Shown: positions 50,803 through 59,233 of the stretch, in pieces
How positions within the stretch are numbered: position 1 is the stretch's first letter
Layout: each line of letters starts with the position of its first letter
Source of the DNA: Minisyncoccia bacterium
Lineage (GTDB): Bacteria > Patescibacteriota > Minisyncoccia > Phycocordibacterales > UBA9973
Length of the DNA: 64,000 bases
Direction: 5' to 3'
Assembly: GCA_038249055.1 (NCBI GenBank)
Contig: JBBRWS010000001.1
Coordinates: 78,244-142,243, forward strand
Program-made: the position numbers and the translations under genes
The notes under the pieces: generated by a model
Database searches by the model: none
What the model was told of the DNA's origin: nothing
The model's input: only the letters and a program-made list of their open reading frames with translations

Positions 50803-51774
50803 TTATTTTATAACACTGTTTATAACTTTCCCTGTTTCTAGCGCGGCAATAATATTTTTTGCAGCAATTTCTGCCATCATGTCGCGAGCTGATTGTCTAG
50901 CTGAAGCAATATGCGGGGTAAGAATTACATTTGATAATTTAATAAGTCCTGGAGTAAGTTTTGGTTCGAATTCATAAACATCTAACGCTGCTCCTTTTAT
51001 AGTCCCCTTTTTCAATGCAGATACTAATGCTTTTTCATCAACAACAGGACCCCTTGAAGTATTAATTAAGAAGGAAGTTTTTTTCATCATTTTTAATGAT
51101 TCTTTATTTATAAGATGATGAGTTGTTGGAAGTAATGGAACGTGAAGGGATATAATATCAGCCTCCTTAAGAATTTCGAAGGTTTCTTTTTTAATTGTTC
51201 CTGGAACTTTTTCAATCTCAAGATTTGGAACTATGTCACTGTAAAGAATATTAACTCCAAATCCATAATGAAGCATTTTTGCTACCTCTGTTCCTATTTG
51301 TCCTGCACCAATTAATCCCAGTGTTTTACCTTTTAAGTCAGTACCTATCAATAAATATGGATCCCATCCTTTATATTTTCCTTGGCGCATAAATCTATCT
51401 CCTTCATTTAGTCTTGTTGTTAACGCTAAAATAAGAGCAACCGTGTGTTCAGCTACAGCAATAACAGACGTTCCTGGAGTATTTGATGCACAAATATTTC
51501 TTTTTTTAGCTTCCTCAATATCAATATTGTTGTATCCGACAGAAAAATTGGCGCAAACCTTAGCGGTTGGACAGGAATCAAAAACTTCTTTATCTATAGG
51601 GTCTGTTAAAAATGAAATAATACCATCATAAGATTTTTTCTTTAATGCTTTTACAAGTTCTTTTTTTGTTGGAGGGAGTTTTGATGTACCAACGTCAAAA
51701 CTTATTCCTTTTTCTCTCAACAATTTAAGACCAGCTTCAGGAATTTTTCTTGTAATGTATATTTTTTTATCCAT
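50803..51774 (-). CDS. D-isomer-specific 2-hydroxyacid dehydrogenase (glycerate/hydroxypyruvate-reductase type)
   Basis: GLIGAGQIGTEVAKML NAD-binding motif; catalytic domain pattern. Confidence 0.8.
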   Translation of the reverse strand: MDKKIYITRKIPEAGLKLLREKGISFDVGTSKLPPTKKELVKALKKKSYDGIISFLTDPIDKEVFDSCPTAKVCANFSVGYNNIDIEEAKKRNICASNTPGTSVIAVAEHTVALILALTTRLNEGDRFMRQGKYKGWDPYLLIGTDLKGKTLGLIGAGQIGTEVAKMLHYGFGVNILYSDIVPNLEIEKVPGTIKKETFEILKEADIISLHVPLLPTTHHLINKESLKMMKKTSFLINTSRGPVVDEKALVSALKKGTIKGAALDVYEFEPKLTPGLIKLSNVILTPHIASARQSARDMMAEIAAKNIIAALETGKVINSVIK

Positions 51775-51789
51775 ATAAATATTTGTTAA

Positions 51790-52590
51790 TTAATAACCAA
51801 TTTTAATTGAATCACGATTTTTTTCTGCAACCAAGGAAATTCTTTCCATCATAGCCACTGCTTCTACTGGATATTTACCTTTAGCAGATTCTTCTGAAAG
51901 CATAACTCCGTCAGCTCCATCAAGTATTGCATAAGCAACGTCTGAAACCTCAGCTCTAGTTGGGGTTGGGCTATCAACCATTGATAGAAGCATTTGAGTT
52001 GCCACGATTACCATTTTGCCAGCTTTTTTACATTCTTGAATTATATGATGTTGAACGAATGGTATTTCTTCGAGAGGAAATTCATTACCAAGGTCTCCGC
52101 GGGCTACCATAATTGCGTCCGTTTCTTTTATAATTTCTGCAAGGTTTTCAAAAGCCATTTTTCTTTCTATTTTTGCTATCACTTTTTGATTACCTCCCTT
52201 TTCTTTAATAAGTTGTTTAAGTTTGATAACATCAGACGCTTGACCTACAAAGGATAATGCAATATAGTCTACACCTTGTTGTATTCCGAAAGTAAGGTCA
52301 GAAATATCTTTTTCTGTTATTACCTCTTCACCTTCTTCTCCACCAAAACGATGTTCAGAACCTTCTTGCACTCTTGGTCCAGATAAATCTTGAATAATAG
52401 GAATATATAAATTATGCTGTTCTTTTGATACTTCACGAATATTTTTTATTATTTCTGTATGCCATTCATAAGTACCCCATGAGAAATTTAAGCGAGCGAT
52501 ATCCATATGATGCTTTATTAATTCAGAAATAATTTCTCTACTGTTACTAGCCGGTCCTATTGTTGCTACTATTTTTGTTATAGATTCCAT
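51790..52590 (-). CDS. pyk: pyruvate kinase-like protein consisting only of the A (TIM-barrel) domain; B and C domains absent
   Basis: [72 protein letters not shown]. The B domain is replaced by about 15 residues. The ORF ends right after the A domain. Confidence 0.7.
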   Translation of the reverse strand: MESITKIVATIGPASNSREIISELIKHHMDIARLNFSWGTYEWHTEIIKNIREVSKEQHNLYIPIIQDLSGPRVQEGSEHRFGGEEGEEVITEKDISDLTFGIQQGVDYIALSFVGQASDVIKLKQLIKEKGGNQKVIAKIERKMAFENLAEIIKETDAIMVARGDLGNEFPLEEIPFVQHHIIQECKKAGKMVIVATQMLLSMVDSPTPTRAEVSDVAYAILDGADGVMLSEESAKGKYPVEAVAMMERISLVAEKNRDSIKIGY

Positions 52591-52723
52591 TTTGCGGTGA
52601 AGAATGATATTATTTGTTCGCCATTCTTTTATTTATTAAATAATTTATAATTGTTTTTGTATTATATACAAAAACAAACGATTTTTCAAGGCTATAATAT
52701 GGAGTGAAAAGAAATAACTTATA

Positions 52724-52750
52724 TAAAAACACCCAATATTGGGTGTTTTT
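52724..52750 (-). terminator. rho-independent terminator
   Basis: AAAACACCCA-ATATT-GGGTGTTTT followed by T-rich sequence on the minus strand. Confidence 0.6.
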
Positions 52751-52757
52751 ATATAAG

Positions 52758-52826
52758 TTATTTCTTTGGTGGAGTAGCTTTTTTGGGTTTCTTAACTTCC
52801 TTGCGAGCACCTGTGCCTTTTGCCAT
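52758..52826 (-). CDS. tiny basic ORF (22 aa, MAKGTGARKEVKKPKKATPPKK), not in the ORF track
   Basis: ATG..TAA directly followed by the terminator hairpin; very basic composition. Confidence 0.25.
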   Translation of the reverse strand: MAKGTGARKEVKKPKKATPPKK

Positions 52827-52999
52827 ATATTTAAAATTTTTTTATTATTAATAATAGCTACATTGTAACATTATTAAACTATTTTAAAAAATTTATAAAT
52901 CTATTATATAGATTACTATAGAACAACGTCATTCGGACGTAATGCAATTAAAGATTACTTTATTTGCACCCGCTCCTCACTTGTTGTTATAATAGAAAA

Positions 53000-53113
53000 A
53001 TGGGTCCCTTTAGGGGCCACGGTCGCAGTATGTGACGGGAATTATAAATTTAATTTTAACAGATTGCGAGATTAGTAAATAATATTAATCGCGATTTGCT
53101 TCTAATAGAATGG
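53000..53113 (+). repeat. Family B element, copy 5 (degenerate)
   Basis: GTCCCTTTAGGGGCCACGGTCGCAG ... AATCGCGATTTGCTTCTAATAGAATGGA; ends at the ATG of the small zinc-ribbon ORF. Confidence 0.6.
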
Positions 53114-53277
53114 ATGAAGAAGATGATGTTCAAGAAAAAGGTGAAGTAAAAGAACCAGTTTGCCCTCGTTGTGGTTTACGCTCGTATGACGATATTTGTA
53201 AAAATTGCGGAACCCCAATTGTTGATAAAAGTGATGATGAAGAGGAAGATTATAACTGGAGAGAAAAACACAGATAA
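53110..53277 (+). CDS. small zinc-ribbon protein (55 aa: CPRCG...CKNCG), not in the ORF track
   Basis: MDEEDDVQEKGEVKEPVCPRCGLRSYDDICKNCGTPIVDK...; starts at the element's 3' end and is followed by a terminator. Confidence 0.5.
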   Translation: MDEEDDVQEKGEVKEPVCPRCGLRSYDDICKNCGTPIVDKSDDEEEDYNWREKHR

Positions 53278-53279
53278 AT

Positions 53280-53320
53280 AAACACCCCGTAGTATATACT
53301 ACGGGGTGTTTATTTTTTTT
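53280..53320. terminator. bidirectional terminator
   Basis: AACACCCCGTAGTATATACTACGGGGTGTT followed by TTTTTTTT. Confidence 0.65.
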
Positions 53321-53362
53321 ACTTTATAAAGAAAATTTTGTATATTGGGTTTTCTTTGTTAA

Positions 53363-54151
53363 TTAATTTATTTCAAATTTTGTAACAGTAATAATTTGTG
53401 GATTTTTTTGGTATTCGTAAGTAAAATTTGCTTTACTTTGAATATGGCCGTCTTCATAAATAATTTCCCCATTATGACTTGGTGGATTTGCAACAACAGA
53501 TATTGTATACCAAGTTCCACCTAAAACAGGTTTATTGGTTGCTATTATATTTATATTTTCTTTTATATATTTTTCGGTAAATACTTTTTCATCAAGAGTC
53601 TCACAATCAATTTGGCTCATTTGCTCTGAGTAAGTAAGATTTGTCTTATCTTTATACACATATACTCCATCTCCCCTATCTACCATTTCTCCAAATCCCA
53701 CACTTGCACTTCCATCTCCAAAAACGATTTCAAGTTCTTCTTTTACATTCATACCTTCGGCAAGTGAGTTCCACCAAACATTTGCTCTTCGCCCCATTAT
53801 TTTTTGTTCCAATGGTCCTACTGTTCCTTCAAATAATCCAACCTTCGAATCTTTTTCTGCTGGAATATTGTTAAATTCGCCTTTAATTTTTTCTCCTTCT
53901 ATGTTTAATATAATCCATGATTTATCATAAAAACCGCTATCTGTCTTTTTATAATTGGAATAACACAGATTAAATATTTTAGGTTCCTCAGCTTTTTCGG
54001 TGTTGCTATTTTCAGTTACTATATTATTTTCTGGAGCTATTATTGTAATGGATTTCTTTTTAAAAATAAAACCCGAAATGACAGCACCAACTATTATAAA
54101 AATAAGTACTATTAGAATTATTTGTTTTATTTTAAATTTATTCTCCATCAC
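53363..54151 (-). CDS. secreted hypothetical protein
   Basis: signal-anchor; 262 aa. Confidence 0.5.
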   Translation of the reverse strand: MMENKFKIKQIILIVLIFIIVGAVISGFIFKKKSITIIAPENNIVTENSNTEKAEEPKIFNLCYSNYKKTDSGFYDKSWIILNIEGEKIKGEFNNIPAEKDSKVGLFEGTVGPLEQKIMGRRANVWWNSLAEGMNVKEELEIVFGDGSASVGFGEMVDRGDGVYVYKDKTNLTYSEQMSQIDCETLDEKVFTEKYIKENINIIATNKPVLGGTWYTISVVANPPSHNGEIIYEDGHIQSKANFTYEYQKNPQIITVTKFEIN

Positions 54152-54282
54152 ATTAAAAATTTTTATTATTAATAATAAGGTAATTTGACCTATACCACCT
54201 TAAATTTTAAGTATTTAATAACTTTCCCAAAAATTTCTAATGGGACAAGTACTACTTAGATTATATCATTTATATAAAAATT

Positions 54283-55965
54283 TTATATAAATAATTTTGC
54301 AATTCGGATTTCTTCAAAAGTTAAATTTATACCCTCTTTATCCAATATTGCTTTAATAGGGCTTAATTTACCCTTTTCATCCCCTTTTAATTTATCGTTT
54401 GTTTTTTTTACTGATTTTATATCCTTATCTTTAGGTTTTATATGTTTAATATTAGTATTTGGATATTTTTTAATAATATCTTCTATGTGTTGTATTATAG
54501 TTCCTCTTACTAAATTTCTTTCTTCCACTATTTCATTAATATTTTTACCAAGTTCCAATAGTTCTTTAGTAATTTCAATTGAGGGAATTTTTATATCTTT
54601 AATTTTTTTATCTTTTAATTTTTTATTACCCGTTTGTATAGTTCCTCCCATTCTATTTATAAAATCTTCTTCAAGTTTTTTCTGTTCTTCTGCCTTTAGT
54701 TTTTTAAACAATAATTCATTACTAAAACTTTGGTTCTTTAAATCTTGATCAAATTCTAAAACCTTGGGATCAACACGAAGAGCATCACTATTAAATCCAA
54801 CCAAACTGATACCTTCTAGCGTTCGTACTCGAGAAAGTGCAACATACCCCATTCCATATGAAAATGTTCGAGAAAGGTCTATTTCTGCGTTATCTAGAGA
54901 CATTCCCTGGCTTTTATGAATAGTAATAGCCCAGGCAAGACGAAGTGGTATTTGTGATAATGATGCTTTTATTTTTCCATCTTCTTCAATAGCCCATAAT
55001 TCTTGCTTTAAAGTAATTTTTTTGCCGTTATATAATTCTATGATAGGATTTCCATTTTCTTTGTTAAACCCTATGATTTTACCACGAGAACCGTTTACAT
55101 AACCCTCCTCAAAATTATTTTTAATACACATTATTTCAGCACCAATTTTTAATTTTAATTTTTCGTGAGCGAGGCAACTTTTTTTCAATATATCTGTTAA
55201 CATTTCAGGTCCACTTGATGTCATATGAGAAATTCTTTCCTCATTTTCAATTAAAGAAAGTTCGATATTGTTTATATCATCTACATTAACATTGTGCGTA
55301 TAGAGTTTTGTAGCTTTTACATTATTTTTTAATTCAGCACCAATCCGACTTTGTAATAATTCATAATGTTTTTCTTCTACAGAATTAGTTCTAATTGAAT
55401 TTAAAATTTCTGTTAAATTATCATCTTCTTGTCTGTGTTGTTCTTCTATATAACAAATTGCTGGATTTAATATCTGCCATGCTTTACCATTAAAAATCAT
55501 ACCACTTTCATTTTCATCGCCACTTTTATTTATAGGTGGTAGTTGGAAAAAATCTCCTGAAAGTATCACTTGTAGTCCTCCAAAAGGTTTATCATTTCTT
55601 TTAAACCTACGACAAACACGCTCAATCATATCAAGCTGGCTAGCATGTAACATTGATACTTCATCTATAATAAGTACGCGTGCTTTTTCGAATCTTTTCC
55701 AGAGATACTTTTTATCCTCCAATTGTTCTAAATCTTTTTCTTCAAGAAAACTTCTAATACCTATTCCAGACCAAGAATGAATTGTCATACCATTCATGTG
55801 GGTTGCTGCAATCCCCGTAGATGCTGTAATAGCTACTGGTATATCATGGCTTTCAAGATATGATATATATTTGTTTAAAAGAAATGTTTTACCACTACCA
55901 GCACTTCCTGTTAGGTAAATATTTACTCCAGTTTTCATTATTAAAAAAGCCTGTTCTTGTGTCAT
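54283..55965 (-). CDS. PIF1/RecD-like SF1 helicase with a C-terminal extension
   Basis: TGSAGSGKTFLL Walker A, DEVSML Walker B, downstream helicase motifs. Confidence 0.8.
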   Translation of the reverse strand: MTQEQAFLIMKTGVNIYLTGSAGSGKTFLLNKYISYLESHDIPVAITASTGIAATHMNGMTIHSWSGIGIRSFLEEKDLEQLEDKKYLWKRFEKARVLIIDEVSMLHASQLDMIERVCRRFKRNDKPFGGLQVILSGDFFQLPPINKSGDENESGMIFNGKAWQILNPAICYIEEQHRQEDDNLTEILNSIRTNSVEEKHYELLQSRIGAELKNNVKATKLYTHNVNVDDINNIELSLIENEERISHMTSSGPEMLTDILKKSCLAHEKLKLKIGAEIMCIKNNFEEGYVNGSRGKIIGFNKENGNPIIELYNGKKITLKQELWAIEEDGKIKASLSQIPLRLAWAITIHKSQGMSLDNAEIDLSRTFSYGMGYVALSRVRTLEGISLVGFNSDALRVDPKVLEFDQDLKNQSFSNELLFKKLKAEEQKKLEEDFINRMGGTIQTGNKKLKDKKIKDIKIPSIEITKELLELGKNINEIVEERNLVRGTIIQHIEDIIKKYPNTNIKHIKPKDKDIKSVKKTNDKLKGDEKGKLSPIKAILDKEGINLTFEEIRIAKLFI

Positions 55966-55997
55966 ATCGAGTAGTATATCATTATTATAGAATTATA

Positions 55998-56567
55998 TTA
56001 TTCGTACTTTCTAATAATAGCTTTTACTACTGCAGTAATATTTAAATACATTTTTGGGTATATAGGTTTGAAATCTTTATTTGCTGGTTCTAACCATATC
56101 TTATCTCCACTTTTTCTTAAATATTTCATTGTGAATTCACCATCTACATCTGCTATTACGATCTGTCCATCGCGAGCGATGTTTGTTTTTTCTACTAGTA
56201 CCATATCTCCATTTGCGATATGAGCATCTATCATTGAATCTCCATCAACGGTAAGCATATAAGAATTACCTTTTTTATTTATCAAATAGTCGTCGATATT
56301 TATGGTATCATTTAATTCCTCACTCACATCTGTTGGAAAACCTGCTTTTACGTAACCCAACATTGGGATAGAATTAAATGATACATCGGCAATAAGACGA
56401 CCAAGATGATCTTTACTTACTATTCCTTCTTCAATAAATTTATCAACAAGTCTAGCTACTGCATTCTTTGATTTAAATCCAAATAGATTCATCATCTCTG
56501 AGTATGTCGGCATTCGCCTATCTCTATTGTAAAAATTAATTAGTTTATCTTTGTAATTGTTGTACAT
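55998..56567 (-). CDS. lexA: LexA repressor (S24 peptidase)
   Basis: N-terminal HTH; VDGDSM Ser and downstream Lys in the catalytic dyad. Confidence 0.85.
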   Translation of the reverse strand: MYNNYKDKLINFYNRDRRMPTYSEMMNLFGFKSKNAVARLVDKFIEEGIVSKDHLGRLIADVSFNSIPMLGYVKAGFPTDVSEELNDTINIDDYLINKKGNSYMLTVDGDSMIDAHIANGDMVLVEKTNIARDGQIVIADVDGEFTMKYLRKSGDKIWLEPANKDFKPIYPKMYLNITAVVKAIIRKYE

Positions 56568-56581
56568 ACAACTATAGTATA

Positions 56582-56794
56582 TTAGATATTAGAAAATATT
56601 GTAAATCTATTAAGTTGATTAAAAAAATTACCCCAAAAACCCCTACGTGAATGCTGACGGATTTTATGAAGAAGCTGTTTGTGTTCAAGAGCTTCTCTCT
56701 TATAATCTATTCCTTTAAGTATTTTTACATCAATCTTTTTATTAATACTATGAATCTCACGTTCTATTATTTTTAAATATTCTTCTTTTCTCAT
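56582..56794 (-). CDS. small hypothetical protein, first gene of the lexA operon
   Basis: 70 aa; lies between the LexA box and lexA. Confidence 0.4.
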   Translation of the reverse strand: MRKEEYLKIIEREIHSINKKIDVKILKGIDYKREALEHKQLLHKIRQHSRRGFWGNFFNQLNRFTIFSNI

Positions 56795-56873
56795 ATATTT
56801 ATATACGTGCCCTGGAGTGAGCGTGCTCTACTTCTAGGGTAATTATTATTAATTAATTGTATATATAGTATAT

Positions 56874-56889
56874 GTGAACGAGCGTTCAC
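56874..56889. promoter_or_regulatory. LexA (Cheo-type) box GTGAACGAGCGTTCAC
   Basis: GAAC-N4-GTTC palindrome about 80 bp upstream of the operon containing lexA. Confidence 0.65.
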
Positions 56890-56929
56890 AGTCAAGAAAA
56901 AACTGTGGATAACTCCTTAACCCGCTAAT

Positions 56930-57526
56930 TTATTTAATAATTTGTTTTTTAGATATTAAATATAAAGTACTTGTAATAAATGCGCCTAGTACATCCATGA
57001 ACATATCCTTCTGTGCGTCCCAAATATCTCCTTGAGAGCCTAGAAAAGCTGCTCCAGCATCACCTCCCCATAATTCTGCATACCACCATTCTATCCATTC
57101 ATAAAATACAGCAACGAATGCGATTGCAAAAATGGAATAAGTTACGGCCACTATTTTTTTTGAAACAAGTTGGCGCATTTCCAAATATTCAATAATCGCG
57201 ATTGCATATAATCCAACCGCAAAATGACCTACTCGATCAAACATGTTTCTTGTAAATCCAAAAAGATTATTAAACCAATCGAATGGTACTAACTCAAAAG
57301 TGTAATGCCCTCCTATTGTGTGCATAAATGGTAAAACAAACATTAAAATATATGCAATATTTGAAAAACGAATTCCCTTCCAATATAAATATACAATAAA
57401 TAATACAAGGGCTAATATAGGAATATTTTCAGCGTACCAAACACTGCGAGAAAACGGATTAATTCCTGCAATAATAAATTCAATAGTATAAATCGATAGC
57501 AATAAATGTGGTATATATTTTTTCAT
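56930..57526 (-). CDS. integral membrane protein
   Basis: 198 aa, about 6 TM helices. Confidence 0.5.
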   Translation of the reverse strand: MKKYIPHLLLSIYTIEFIIAGINPFSRSVWYAENIPILALVLFIVYLYWKGIRFSNIAYILMFVLPFMHTIGGHYTFELVPFDWFNNLFGFTRNMFDRVGHFAVGLYAIAIIEYLEMRQLVSKKIVAVTYSIFAIAFVAVFYEWIEWWYAELWGGDAGAAFLGSQGDIWDAQKDMFMDVLGAFITSTLYLISKKQIIK

Positions 57527-57551
57527 TTATAAATTTTAGTTAATTAATAAT

Positions 57552-58466
57552 TTAAATAAAAGATTCTTCTATTTTAATTGGTGAAATATTTGGAAACAAT
57601 ACTTGGCTACGTTTGTTTGTTACTATCATTTCGTTTTGAAAACTATCAAGCATGCATCGACCGACCCTCGCTTGTATTTTTGGTATAAAAAATTTAAGAA
57701 ATAAACCAGCTATTTTTTCAGGAAGAATTGAAATTCGAATAATTATATTTTTTTTATTTCGAAATTTAGCATATTTTTTTATAAATTCTTCGTACGACAT
57801 TATTTCGGGGCCTCCAATTTCTATAATTTCAGAGTTATTAATTTTAACGTCAATGGATTCTTTTAAATAAAGAAGAGCATCTTTAATTCCAATAGGCTGA
57901 GTTTTAGTCTTTGACCATCTAGGTAAAGTTATTATTGGGCTTTTTTCAACTAGATTTTTAACTATCTCAAATGATGTACTTCCTGCTCCTATTATCATTG
58001 ACGCACGAAGCTCGATTACTTCGTTATTGTATTTTCTAAGAATATCACCAGTATTATGCCTACTTGAAAGATGATGTGATAATGTATCTTTATCGTTGCC
58101 TAATCCACTCATGTATATAACTCGTTTAACTCCTGTTTGTTGTAGTGCACGTCCCGTATTATCGGCAGCAATTTCTTCTTTTTTATAAAAATTATTTATA
58201 TCTGTAGTTGCCATCATATGTACTAAATAATAAGCTACATCGATATCATTCAATGAATTTTTTATTTGTTCATAATCAAGCACATCAGCGTTTAATTTTT
58301 TTACTCTAGATTTATATTTTTCATCTATAATAATATTTGTAGAATTTTGCGAAATAGCAAAAATATTATGCTTAGTATTTTCCAATAAATGTTTTATTTG
58401 ATTTTTTTCTACAAAACCCGATGCCCCAATAACTGCTATATTCATCCGGTTAGTGAGAAATGACAT
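57552..58466 (-). CDS. NAD(P)-binding Rossmann-fold protein (NmrA / epimerase-dehydratase family)
   Basis: IAVIGASGFVEKNQIKHLL. Confidence 0.6.
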   Translation of the reverse strand: MSFLTNRMNIAVIGASGFVEKNQIKHLLENTKHNIFAISQNSTNIIIDEKYKSRVKKLNADVLDYEQIKNSLNDIDVAYYLVHMMATTDINNFYKKEEIAADNTGRALQQTGVKRVIYMSGLGNDKDTLSHHLSSRHNTGDILRKYNNEVIELRASMIIGAGSTSFEIVKNLVEKSPIITLPRWSKTKTQPIGIKDALLYLKESIDVKINNSEIIEIGGPEIMSYEEFIKKYAKFRNKKNIIIRISILPEKIAGLFLKFFIPKIQARVGRCMLDSFQNEMIVTNKRSQVLFPNISPIKIEESFI

Positions 58467-58588
58467 TATGGTTTCATCATATCTCTATTTATTTTGATAA
58501 TGTTTCAATAATATATTTACTACGTTTATCTCTTTGTTTTGTTTTTTAAACAATGTCATTTTCTACTACGGGATTCATTTATTTATAT

Positions 58589-59122
58589 TTAGTTAAATAA
58601 AAATGAAACTAAATCCCAAGGAAGACTCATGCTAAAGATTACAGCATATAGTACAATAAAAATTATTGGTATATTTTTTTCTATTGATGAAATTCTTCTA
58701 TATTTAGTAGAGTCCAAACCTTTTCCTAATAGTTCCCATTCAGTTTTAAATAGCGATAGTGGTAATTTCTCTTCTATATTATGAATAACTTTAAATTTAG
58801 CTTTATTTAGTTGTTTGTATGAGATAATAATTTCATACCAACAGTAACATATTGCTATACCAACAAATGGAGCAAATAAAAAAATTACAGAAGTATTATT
58901 TGTTGGAGTACGTGTTTCTAAATATCCCAGAACAGCAATGATGGCTGTATTTAATCCAAGAAAAAACTCATTAGAACCATTTCTTCTATCACTAGTACTA
59001 TTGAAGATATGAAGATACATTCGATATTGTTCCAAATAATGGTTTTCGTAATTTAGGTCTTCCCCATCATTATAATTTTTCACCCTAGAATACAACATGC
59101 TATCTAATTTATCTTTTTCCAT
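58589..59122 (-). CDS. membrane protein
   Basis: 177 aa, several TM helices. Confidence 0.45.
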   Translation of the reverse strand: MEKDKLDSMLYSRVKNYNDGEDLNYENHYLEQYRMYLHIFNSTSDRRNGSNEFFLGLNTAIIAVLGYLETRTPTNNTSVIFLFAPFVGIAICYCWYEIIISYKQLNKAKFKVIHNIEEKLPLSLFKTEWELLGKGLDSTKYRRISSIEKNIPIIFIVLYAVIFSMSLPWDLVSFLFN

Positions 59123-59233
59123 ATGGTTTTATTTTTAATATTATAACTTTAATTTTAACAGATATTTATCAAAATGTCAGTATAATAAAATCCCATAGTT
59201 ATGTATGGGATTTTATTATATATATTTTAAAAT

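Noticed and set aside
52610-52810. 66-aa minus-strand ORF from the track
   Set aside because: Spans a terminator hairpin; AT-rich, low-complexity translation. A different frame contains the plausible 22-aa peptide gene.
41172-53113. Family B elements as integron attC sites
   Set aside because: The GTTAGAA / TTCTAAC cores are in the wrong relative order for an attC on either strand, the seventh position is not Y, and the intervening genes are housekeeping (rsmI, rplI), not cassettes.
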